From: an uncultured Alphaproteobacteria bacterium
Lineage (GTDB): Bacteria; Pseudomonadota; Alphaproteobacteria; HIMB59; GCA-002718135
Assembly (NCBI GenBank): GCA_902572735.1
Contig: CACGGX010000004.1
Location: forward strand, 7,743 to 71,742
Direction of reading: 5' to 3'
Length of the DNA stretch: 64,000 nucleotides
The notes beneath the pieces are model-generated. The model had not been told where the DNA came from. It saw only the letters and a program-made list of their open reading frames with translations, and made no database searches. The translations under genes were made by a program, and so were the position numbers. How positions within the stretch are numbered: the first letter of the stretch is position 1; each line of letters opens with the position of its first letter. This document shows positions 26,316 through 34,141 of this stretch, piece after piece.

Positions 26316-28610
26316 GTGATTAAAAAAATTATCTTTTTTTTAATATTAATAGTCTTTTCAAATAATTTATTTGCATCAGAACAGAAGAGTATACGTATAG
26401 ATGTACAAAAATTTAAATGCGATTATAGAGGAGAAATTCCTCCAGAAGAAATATTTCAAAGATTTAATATTATTACTGAAGCAGAAAAAGAGGCTAATAA
26501 AAACTATATTATTGCTGAATTAAAAAAAAATAATTCAGCTCATGAATTATTTTGTAATAATCAACCTATAGCAATAGAATTTAATTATTCAATATTAGAA
26601 AATCTTCCCGTACCTATCAAAAAAGATCTTCCTGTGCCAAAAAATGAAGAAAGTGAAAATAAACAACAGTCATTAATAATAAATAATGATGATCAAACAA
26701 ATGAAGATGATTTAGAAGAAAAGCCGTTAACTGAAGGAGAAAAGAAAAGGCAAGAAAAACAAAAACAGAAAGAAAAACAAATAAAAGATGAAGAGGAAAA
26801 ACTAGATAAAGGTAAAGTTGTTAAATCTTTTATTGAAAATCAAAAAGATAAAGATGAGAACAAAATATTATTTTCAACTTCTATTGAAGAACTATCTAAA
26901 AAATTTGCTCAATATAAAGAAAATTATGAGGAGAGTGACAACTTTAACAGAACTCAATTAGAAGCATTAAAGACTGATTTTCAATCTATTAAAAATATTA
27001 TTGCAAATAATTATATGGGTTTAATAAATACCTATGATCAAATTAAATTATTTTGTAATGAATTAGATGACTTCAAATTTAAAGAAAATAAATCTGGTGG
27101 AAAAGAATTAAAAAATAATTGTAAAACTATAACAGAAGATTGGACTTCGCTTAATTGGATTAAAGTTGGTAAGCAAAATTTTATTGATTATTTTAATTTA
27201 GAAATCTATCAAATTGATTCTGAAATTAAAATTTATATAGAAAATATAGTTAGCAAAATTGAGAATATTAAAAAAGCTGAAGAAAAAAGAAAAGAAGATG
27301 AAAGAAAAGCTGATGAAAAAAGAAAAGAAGATGAAAGAAAAGCTGAAGAAAAAAGGAAAGAAGAAGAAAGACAAAAAAAATTAAAAGAAGCTGAAGAAAA
27401 AAAGAAAAAAGAAGAAGCTGAAAAGAAAAAAGAAGCTGAACGTCAAAAGAAATTAGAACAAAAAAAGAAAGAAGAAGAAGAAAAGAAAAAAGAAGCTGAA
27501 CGTCAAAAGGAATTAAAACAAATAGAAAAAGATAAAAAAGATGAATATGAAAATATTATAGTATCAATTGAAAAAATTGAAATTCAAGAATTAAACGAAA
27601 ATTTTGAAAAATTAGCCGAAAGTTATGAAGAATTATCTAATAGAGATTCATTAAGTGTAAATATTGATAAAGATTTAGATAATCTTAATGAACAAAGAGC
27701 TGAATTAGTTAGCGATGGTATTTTTGAAACAATTAAAGAAGTTAAAGATAATATAAGTATAAATGAATTACTTGATGAAGATAAAAAAGAAGATCTTTTA
27801 GAAAATCTTAAAAATAATGTTGAAAGTAAAATAGAAAAAAGAAAAAAGGAAATTGATAATTATATTAAGATTATTGAAGGTAAAATTAATTCTCAAGATC
27901 AAGCATTTAGATCTAAAATTGATGAATTAGAAAATCGAAATACTCTTTATTTATTCATTATTATTGGAACTATAGTAATATTAGGTGGTGCTATAATTTA
28001 TTTAATTCTTCGAAGATCAAAAGATGATGTACCATCTCAAACATCATCCATACGTAATACGAGTATACTTCAGCAAGAAATTGATGAATTAAAACAAATT
28101 ATACGTAACAGTCAACAACAATCAAATGTTCAACAAACACCTAATGTTACACAACAACAACCTCAAGAAGAGGTAAGACAACCAACGGAACAAGAATTAT
28201 TTGCACAAAAATTAAATGATTTAGGGCATGATTATTTAGATGCAATTACAGATCCAAATAAAATAGAAGGATTTAAAGAAAAATGGCAAGCGATTGGACT
28301 AGATAGAGAAAGCCGAGTAGGGGCATCAACAGTTACTACTCTTAAAAAAGATAATAGACCGTTTGAGAGATGTAATTTCTGGGCTGTGCCAATTAGAAAT
28401 AACTATAGAATATTTGGTGGAAGAATATTAAGAACGAATTCTGTTGCTTTAACTGCAGATGATGGCCGTATGGCAAGAGATCTCTTAACGGGCATATTTG
28501 ATATTGAATACGGAACAAGCTTTCAAATACGACAGCAAGGTGTAGCTGTAATGAAAAATCAAATATTTGAGATTACTACTAAAGGTAAAATTACTATTCC
28601 GAAAACCTAA
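26316..28610 (+). CDS. Operon gene 5: bitopic envelope protein (signal peptide, extracytoplasmic domain, E/K/R-rich helical rod, TM, cytoplasmic C-terminal domain)
   Basis: 764 aa. The GTG start directly abuts the gene 4 stop and yields a proper signal peptide (MIKKIIFFLILIVFSNNLFA|SEQ). The ER/K block runs AEEKRKEDERKADEKRKEDERKAEEKRKEEERQKKLKEAEEKKKKEEAEKKKEAERQKKLEQKKKEEEEKKKEAERQKELKQ. The TM is LYLFIIIGTIVILGGAIIYLIL followed by RRSK (about nt 27945-28010). A Q-rich linker precedes a ~140-aa C-terminal domain homologous to that of gene 6. Confidence 0.7.
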   Translation: MIKKIIFFLILIVFSNNLFASEQKSIRIDVQKFKCDYRGEIPPEEIFQRFNIITEAEKEANKNYIIAELKKNNSAHELFCNNQPIAIEFNYSILENLPVPIKKDLPVPKNEESENKQQSLIINNDDQTNEDDLEEKPLTEGEKKRQEKQKQKEKQIKDEEEKLDKGKVVKSFIENQKDKDENKILFSTSIEELSKKFAQYKENYEESDNFNRTQLEALKTDFQSIKNIIANNYMGLINTYDQIKLFCNELDDFKFKENKSGGKELKNNCKTITEDWTSLNWIKVGKQNFIDYFNLEIYQIDSEIKIYIENIVSKIENIKKAEEKRKEDERKADEKRKEDERKAEEKRKEEERQKKLKEAEEKKKKEEAEKKKEAERQKKLEQKKKEEEEKKKEAERQKELKQIEKDKKDEYENIIVSIEKIEIQELNENFEKLAESYEELSNRDSLSVNIDKDLDNLNEQRAELVSDGIFETIKEVKDNISINELLDEDKKEDLLENLKNNVESKIEKRKKEIDNYIKIIEGKINSQDQAFRSKIDELENRNTLYLFIIIGTIVILGGAIIYLILRRSKDDVPSQTSSIRNTSILQQEIDELKQIIRNSQQQSNVQQTPNVTQQQPQEEVRQPTEQELFAQKLNDLGHDYLDAITDPNKIEGFKEKWQAIGLDRESRVGASTVTTLKKDNRPFERCNFWAVPIRNNYRIFGGRILRTNSVALTADDGRMARDLLTGIFDIEYGTSFQIRQQGVAVMKNQIFEITTKGKITIPKT
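27276..27374 (+). repeat. In-frame 33-nt tandem repeat x3 inside gene 5
   Basis: The units are 27276-27308, 27309-27341 and 27342-27374. Each follows gctgaagaaaaaagaaaagaagatgaaagaaaa with a few substitutions. They encode AEEKRKEDERK / ADEKRKEDERK / AEEKRKEEERQ. Confidence 0.85.
27421..27509 (+). repeat. Direct repeat: two identical 29-nt copies spaced 60 nt apart, inside gene 5
   Basis: aaaagaaaaaagaagctgaacgtcaaaag occurs at 27421-27449 and again at 27481-27509, encoding KKKEAERQK both times. Confidence 0.85.
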
Positions 28611-30790
28611 TGTTAAAAAAAAATATTTATTTTATTTTAATAGTTATTTTTTTAATTAGTAAAAATTTATTTGCCTATAACATTCCAAATAAAAAAAACT
28701 CTTCTATTATTGATCGATTTTTTAAAGATGGTGAATATGTCCTTATAGAAGATGAAAAATTTATTCCTTTCTTAGATTTACTTAATACTAAGAATCTAAA
28801 ATTATTAGAATCATTTCCATATAAAATTTATATAAAACTAGAAGAAGAAAGATATGATTATAAAGTTGCTTATTTTTTTAATAACTATGATGACTTATCA
28901 CTTAATTATATAAGAGTTCATTGGGCGCCAACTATTGGAAATAATAAATATAACTATTCTTTTGATTGTATCAAACCAAATAAAAATGATGTTTGTAATG
29001 GTTTTAATAATCCAATTAAAGGTGAGCAAGATTTAAAAATTCTTGATAAAGTATTTTTTAAAGGTAATTATTATTCTATACCATATAAAGATATAGAAGA
29101 TAATAAATACTGTCTTTTTTCAAGAAAATATAAGCTTACAGCAAATAATGAGAAGGTTAATTACACTATTGATTATTGGACATGTTCTAATAACATAAAT
29201 TCTAAAAATATATCTAATGCAGTTCATTTTGAGCTACTTAATTCAATTAAAATTGACAACAACATAACAATTAAACAAATTAATGAACTTGTTCCATATG
29301 TTATTGATAATGTAAAAAAAGGAATAAATAATAAAAATAAAGCTGAAGAGAAAAAAAAGAAAGAGGAAGAAGCTAAAAAGAAAGCTGAAGAGAGAAAAAA
29401 GAAAGAGGAAGAAGCTAAAAAGTTAGCTGAAGAGGAAAAAAAGGAAGCTGAACGTCAAAAAAAATTAGAAGAAAAAAAGAAAGAACTTGAAAAGAAAAGA
29501 AAAGAAGAGGAAGAAAAAAGAAGAATTGAAGAAGAATTAAAAAGACAAGCAGAAGAAAAGAAAAGAAAACAGGAAGAAGAAAGAAAAAAAAGAGAAGCTG
29601 AAGAAAAAAGAAAAAAAGAATTACAAAAAAATATTCAAGATTCTAAATCAGCATTATCAGCTTCTAAAGCTAATCAAAATAAATTAATTACAGAAACAAA
29701 AAATTTAGAATTACAATTAAGAGAAATCAAATCAGCAAATACAATAAATAAGATTAATATAGTTAAACAAAAAACTGATAATATATATGATAATATACAA
29801 TCTAACCTAAAATCATTTAATACGAAGTATAAAAAAGTAGAAAAACTATTCAAAAATAATCCTGAAACAGAATTAAATTTAATCTTTAATGAATTTAAAT
29901 TATTAAATACACAGTTTAAAAATCAAAGAAAAGTAATAGAAGAATTATACTCTGATATTGAAAACAATTATTTATCTAAAAAATCTAAATTTGAAAAAGA
30001 ATTAAGAGATAAAGAATTAACTGATGCCTTTATGCGTTCAGATCAAGCTTATATATATACCTATGTGCCAATCGGAGTAGCCATTGTACTATTATTAATA
30101 CTTATCTGGAGATGGAACTCATCAGGAAGACAAATTGCTTATTTGAATAATAAAATAAGAGATCTAGAAAAAAATAACGAGAAATCAAGTTCACCAACAA
30201 CTCAGGTATCGAAGTCTTTTGATAAAATTGAGAAACAAGAGGAAACTATCACTACATCTATAAAAACTCCTGAAAAAAGTAATATTAATGAAGAAGAAGA
30301 AGAAGAAGAAGAAGTAGAAAATAAAAATATAGAAGAGCCGATAAGCAATGAAATCAAAAAATTGAATAACTTGATTGATGATAAAACGTTTATGGATAAA
30401 TATCAAAATGCTGTTAGTGATTTAAATAGCTTAAGATCTTTTACGGACGAATTTAAAGTTAAAGGTTTAGAAAGGTTTTCATCACAAAGAGTAGAAGAGG
30501 GCGTTGAATTAGAAATCAGTCAGCGTATTGTTGATAAAGCGATGTTCTGGTTAATTGAACACCCGCAAACATTTGAATTACTAATATTACCTGGAAGAGA
30601 TTTATGGTCCCGATCTCGCTTATTATTACAAGATACAAGTCGCTTTGGTTATTTAAACTTTAATGGTATTTTTGATTTATCAGAAGGTGAAGAATTTAAA
30701 TTAACAAATTTTGCTATCGTATCAGTGACAGATAAGAAAAAATATAAAATTGAACAAAAAGGAGAATTAATACTTCCTAAATCTAATTAG
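28610..30790 (+). CDS. Operon gene 6: paralog of gene 5 (signal peptide, extracytoplasmic domain, E/K/R helical rod, TM, poly-Glu linker, shared cytoplasmic C-terminal domain)
   Basis: 726 aa. The ATG overlaps the gene 5 stop (TAATG). The signal peptide is MLKKNIYFILIVIFLISKNLFA|YN. The ER/K block runs KAEEKKKKEEEAKKKAEERKKKEEEAKKLAEEEKKEAERQKKLEEKKKELEKKRKEEEEKRRIEEELKRQAEEKKRKQEEERKKREAEEKRKKELQ. The TM is YVPIGVAIVLLLILIW followed by RW (about nt 30044-30109). The C-terminal domain aligns with gene 5: FW......GR.L...S..L..D..R.....GIFD...G..F......KG...PK. Confidence 0.7.
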   Translation: MLKKNIYFILIVIFLISKNLFAYNIPNKKNSSIIDRFFKDGEYVLIEDEKFIPFLDLLNTKNLKLLESFPYKIYIKLEEERYDYKVAYFFNNYDDLSLNYIRVHWAPTIGNNKYNYSFDCIKPNKNDVCNGFNNPIKGEQDLKILDKVFFKGNYYSIPYKDIEDNKYCLFSRKYKLTANNEKVNYTIDYWTCSNNINSKNISNAVHFELLNSIKIDNNITIKQINELVPYVIDNVKKGINNKNKAEEKKKKEEEAKKKAEERKKKEEEAKKLAEEEKKEAERQKKLEEKKKELEKKRKEEEEKRRIEEELKRQAEEKKRKQEEERKKREAEEKRKKELQKNIQDSKSALSASKANQNKLITETKNLELQLREIKSANTINKINIVKQKTDNIYDNIQSNLKSFNTKYKKVEKLFKNNPETELNLIFNEFKLLNTQFKNQRKVIEELYSDIENNYLSKKSKFEKELRDKELTDAFMRSDQAYIYTYVPIGVAIVLLLILIWRWNSSGRQIAYLNNKIRDLEKNNEKSSSPTTQVSKSFDKIEKQEETITTSIKTPEKSNINEEEEEEEEVENKNIEEPISNEIKKLNNLIDDKTFMDKYQNAVSDLNSLRSFTDEFKVKGLERFSSQRVEEGVELEISQRIVDKAMFWLIEHPQTFELLILPGRDLWSRSRLLLQDTSRFGYLNFNGIFDLSEGEEFKLTNFAIVSVTDKKKYKIEQKGELILPKSN
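29342..29425 (+). repeat. In-frame 42-nt tandem repeat x2 (plus a diverged third start) inside gene 6
   Basis: Unit 29342-29383 is gctgaagagaaaaaaaagaaagaggaagaagctaaaaagaaa. Unit 29384-29425 is gctgaagagagaaaaaagaaagaggaagaagctaaaaagtta. They differ at only 3 positions and encode AEEKKKKEEEAKKK / AEERKKKEEEAKKL. Confidence 0.85.
30290..30313 (+). repeat. (GAA)8 trinucleotide microsatellite inside gene 6 (poly-Glu linker)
   Basis: Eight consecutive gaa codons encode EEEEEEEE, between the TM segment and the C-terminal domain. Confidence 0.9.
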
Positions 30791-31970
30791 CATTTAATAT
30801 AAAACTAAGCTCTTTTCTTTTATCTTCACTATCAAGCGCAGAGATCGTAATATCATTTGCTCCTGGCTCAACGTCAAATAAAATTATTTCAAAATTACCA
30901 GCACTATCTAAATCAGCTACATCATCGTTAACTAGCACTTCAATAGCTTTAATTTTTTTCATGTTAATAGTACCTTGAACAGTTACAATTCCTGATCCAT
31001 CAATATTACAAGGATCATTTGATTTTAAAATTTTGCATGGCTCATAAACATTAATTGCATTTGGCCCAGACACAACTGGTTGCACCACAGCCACATCATC
31101 TAAACTATTAATACATGAATTAAGCGCATAACCAATCAAACCTTCTTCAGTAATAATTAATGCCCAGATACCATCAGTGATACTGAGTAAACGAACTTTT
31201 TGATCTTTATTTAGAGTTTTATATTTTTTTGCATTATCAGAGTTAACTGAGCGTAAATTGACAGCATCACATGAAATTTTATCTGTCATCTCTATTGGTG
31301 AAACATTAATTTTTGGTGGTTTCTTTTTAAGTGTATCAAGTGTTTTTTTAAGAAGATCTATGTCATCATTTAATTTTGCTACTTCCTCTTCTTTTTGTTT
31401 TTGTAGATTATCTATATCCGTTTCTAAATCTTTTATACTTTGATTGCGGTTTTTTACATCAGTATTAGTATCTGATAAATCTGATTGTAATTTTTTTAAT
31501 TTTTTTTCAAGATCAGCAAATTCTTCCTTTAAATTATTAAATTGAACATCTCTAACAGTAAGACTAGCAACATAATGCCAATTCTGTTCAGTATTTGCTT
31601 TGAAAATAGTGGCATCTATTTTTCCCTTACTAATATTGCCTTCAATAGTATTATTTTTATTTGATTTATTTGTTGCAGGTCCTTTAAAGAAATTTCCGTT
31701 AAGCTTCATATCTGCAAATATATAATTTAATCTTGGTGCAAAAATAGTAATTGTTTGGTCACTTTCATTGTGCTCTACAATTAAAAGTCCAATTTTATCA
31801 TTACCTTTAAAAAGTCCTATAAGAGGAAGACTTCTAGCAAATTTATCAAGTTTACTATCTTCTTTACATACTCCTCTACATTCTATTCCTTGATAAGTTC
31901 CAGAGAAATCAAAAGCATATAAATTACCTGAAAAGAAAATAGTGCATAAAATTATTAACAATTTTTTCAT
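30783..31970 (-). CDS. Secreted coiled-coil protein with a bacterial SH3-like domain and a C-terminal Ig/beta-sandwich-like region
   Basis: 395 aa with a signal peptide (LLIILCTIFFSGNLYA). The coiled coil is FADLEKKLKKLQSDLSDTNTDVKNRNQSIKDLETDIDNLQKQKEEEVAKLNDDIDLLKKTLDTLKK. The SH3b-like segment is AVNLRSVNSDNAKKYKTLNKDQKVRLLSITDGIWALIITEEGLIGYA. Its 3' end overlaps operon gene 6 by 8 nt, in convergent orientation. Confidence 0.6.
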   Translation of the reverse strand: MKKLLIILCTIFFSGNLYAFDFSGTYQGIECRGVCKEDSKLDKFARSLPLIGLFKGNDKIGLLIVEHNESDQTITIFAPRLNYIFADMKLNGNFFKGPATNKSNKNNTIEGNISKGKIDATIFKANTEQNWHYVASLTVRDVQFNNLKEEFADLEKKLKKLQSDLSDTNTDVKNRNQSIKDLETDIDNLQKQKEEEVAKLNDDIDLLKKTLDTLKKKPPKINVSPIEMTDKISCDAVNLRSVNSDNAKKYKTLNKDQKVRLLSITDGIWALIITEEGLIGYALNSCINSLDDVAVVQPVVSGPNAINVYEPCKILKSNDPCNIDGSGIVTVQGTINMKKIKAIEVLVNDDVADLDSAGNFEIILFDVEPGANDITISALDSEDKRKELSFILNAN

Positions 31971-32035
31971 AAATCAGAAATTATATAATTAGAAAATGAT
32001 AGTAAAATCAAGGGAAAAGAAATAGATTTTAGCTA

Positions 32036-33499
32036 ATGAAAAGTAATTTTTCTATTATTTCTGTTTTTTTCATTTTTATATTCAATTTCACACCATTATA
32101 CGCAAAAGAATTAACTGAAAAAATCATAAAAGATTATTTTGAAAATCCAATATTTGAGGATTTATGGTTTGGTATTTATGACGAAAATAACATACGCTAT
32201 GCTTGGTATAACGTTAACGAATTCAAAGAAGGTGATTACTGGGTTATGGTTTTTGAATCTAAAACGAAATATTTAGAAGTAGTGGAAGATGGTCAAACTT
32301 TATTAGAAAATGAAATAATATTTTATTATAAGATTAAAGAATATTTTGACTACAATTATCCTCATTCACTTAAAAAAATAGAAACTACTCTTAAAAATAA
32401 TGATGATAATGAAACATTTGAGGCAATCATTGATAATGGTATTGCTAAAGTAAAAACCAATAATAATGGTAAAATAAATAATTTAGAATTTAAAGATATA
32501 GATATTCAATTTGGTGATTTATTAAAATTAGAATTATTACTACATAATTATGATGATTGGGAAATAGGTGAAGTTGTTAACTATAAATCTTACGATATGG
32601 ATAGTTTTGAAATTTCTGATGAAAAAGATATTCTAGAATCTATAGAAACAAAATTTTATGGTGGAGTAAAAGTTCCAGTTTATAAATTTATAACAGAGAC
32701 AAGTGACACTAGGTCTGGTTTTAGTGCTTATTATTCTTTAAATTCAAAGAGGCCTATGGAGTTCATTGATGTTTACGATATTTATTTATTAGAAAATAAA
32801 GAAACTGCTCAAAATATTTCCTTTGGTGGTGCTTCAAATGCAAGTGAGACGGTAACTGTGGATCAAATATTAGAAAATAACGAATATATAAAAAGACTGG
32901 TACTTGAAATAGATGGTGAATATGAAAAAGGATTTTATGTAGGTGATAGGCAAAATATATACTCTAAGGACGGTAAGAAATATTTAGAACTAGATTTTGA
33001 TTTAAATGATGATCCTCCTGCTAATAAAAAAGATATAGAAAAAAATTTAAGAGCTACATCTCTTTATCCATCAAATGATGAATATTTCATTAACTTAGCT
33101 GAAGGAATTATTGGGGATGTAGAAGATCCTTGGGATCAAGTACAATTATTACTAAACTATGTAGATATGTTTATTAAAGATGACTACACCGCCAATTCGT
33201 ACTCCGTTTATGATATAATAGAAACTAAAATAGGTGATTGTACAGAACATGCACTTCTATTTAATACATTAGCACGAGCAGTAGGTATTCCATCAAGAGA
33301 GATAGAAGGCATTATTAATTATGAAGATAACAAATTTGCTCTGCATGCATGGAATGAAGTAGTCGTTGATGGTTATTGGTATACGGTAGATCCAACATGG
33401 AATTATATAGTTCCACCTTTAACACATATAAAATTTGATTTATTGGAATCTGTTCCTGCAACTTATAATTTTAAAGTTATAGAAATAGAATATTATTAA
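32036..33499 (+). CDS. Secreted transglutaminase-like (papain-fold Cys-His-Asp) domain protein
   Basis: 487 aa with a signal peptide. The C-terminal core is KIGDCTEHALLFNTLARAVGIPSREIEGI...FALHAWNEVVVDGYWYTVDPTW. It contains the catalytic Cys (GDCTEHA), His (HAWNEV) and Asp (DPT) in the canonical transglutaminase-core order. Confidence 0.75.
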   Translation: MKSNFSIISVFFIFIFNFTPLYAKELTEKIIKDYFENPIFEDLWFGIYDENNIRYAWYNVNEFKEGDYWVMVFESKTKYLEVVEDGQTLLENEIIFYYKIKEYFDYNYPHSLKKIETTLKNNDDNETFEAIIDNGIAKVKTNNNGKINNLEFKDIDIQFGDLLKLELLLHNYDDWEIGEVVNYKSYDMDSFEISDEKDILESIETKFYGGVKVPVYKFITETSDTRSGFSAYYSLNSKRPMEFIDVYDIYLLENKETAQNISFGGASNASETVTVDQILENNEYIKRLVLEIDGEYEKGFYVGDRQNIYSKDGKKYLELDFDLNDDPPANKKDIEKNLRATSLYPSNDEYFINLAEGIIGDVEDPWDQVQLLLNYVDMFIKDDYTANSYSVYDIIETKIGDCTEHALLFNTLARAVGIPSREIEGIINYEDNKFALHAWNEVVVDGYWYTVDPTWNYIVPPLTHIKFDLLESVPATYNFKVIEIEYY

Positions 33500-33503
33500 A
33501 TAA

Positions 33504-33773
33504 GTGTCTAAAATACTTAAATTTCCTGATCGTAATAGTCCTGCTTCAAAAAAAGAGTTTGAAAAATTATTGGAGTACAAAAATGCCATGGAAAAAAATG
33601 AGGCAGATGCTCTTAAATACACAAAGAAATTTTTAAAAAAATTAATGAGTATCTCTAATCATTTAACACCTTTAACAAAAAAAGAAAAAAACGAATTGTT
33701 AAGAGAAATTAAGGAAGATTATAAATATAAAATAGAAGAATTAAAAAATTTATTGCATAAAAATTCTAAGTAA
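33504..33773 (+). CDS. Hypothetical small basic helical protein (GTG start)
   Basis: 89-aa ORF that is K/E-rich with no motif. It starts 4 nt after the upstream stop. Confidence 0.3.
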   Translation: MSKILKFPDRNSPASKKEFEKLLEYKNAMEKNEADALKYTKKFLKKLMSISNHLTPLTKKEKNELLREIKEDYKYKIEELKNLLHKNSK

Positions 33774-33871
33774 ATCTAAAATTAATTATATTATGGTAAT
33801 ATTAAGAAATAATCATAATCCCAACATAATTTGAACAACAAATAGTTGAAATTAAAAATTAAAAATATTCT

Positions 33872-34141
33872 ATGGAGTCCTTATCAAGAGTTATATTATT
33901 CTTAACATCCTATTTTATCGTTTTAGCGTTATCTTTTAGCATCAATATTGAATTTGAATATTTACAAAGTGGATTATTCCTATTAATTTCTATTATTATA
34001 GCAGTTTGGCTCTATTATTTACATTATAAGAAAAAACAATCTCAAGAGTTTCAAAAAGAAGTCTTATATGTCATGTTTTTTCTATGCCTTGTGACATCTA
34101 CATGGTCATTTAAATTAAATTATTTTCATTTGTATGACTAA
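33872..34141 (+). CDS. Hypothetical small membrane protein (3 TM)
   Basis: 89 aa with three hydrophobic helices. It overlaps the next ORF by 8 nt. Confidence 0.4.
   Translation: MESLSRVILFLTSYFIVLALSFSINIEFEYLQSGLFLLISIIIAVWLYYLHYKKKQSQEFQKEVLYVMFFLCLVTSTWSFKLNYFHLYD

Noticed and set aside
26522-28623. A9 homopolymer tracts (26522-26530 in gene 5; 28615-28623 at codons 2-5 of gene 6) as slipped-strand phase-variation switches
   Set aside because: Lys-rich (AAA) coding in roughly 30% GC DNA generates A8-A9 runs frequently across this window, for example in 29351-29358 and in many spacers. Without population data there is no evidence that they vary.
27250-29640. Highly repetitive A/G-rich DNA as a possible CRISPR array or non-coding satellite
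   Set aside because: The repeats are in frame inside long ORFs and have unit lengths of 33, 42 and 60 nt. They encode E/K/R helices and lack repeat-spacer organisation. They are coding tandem repeats, not CRISPR.
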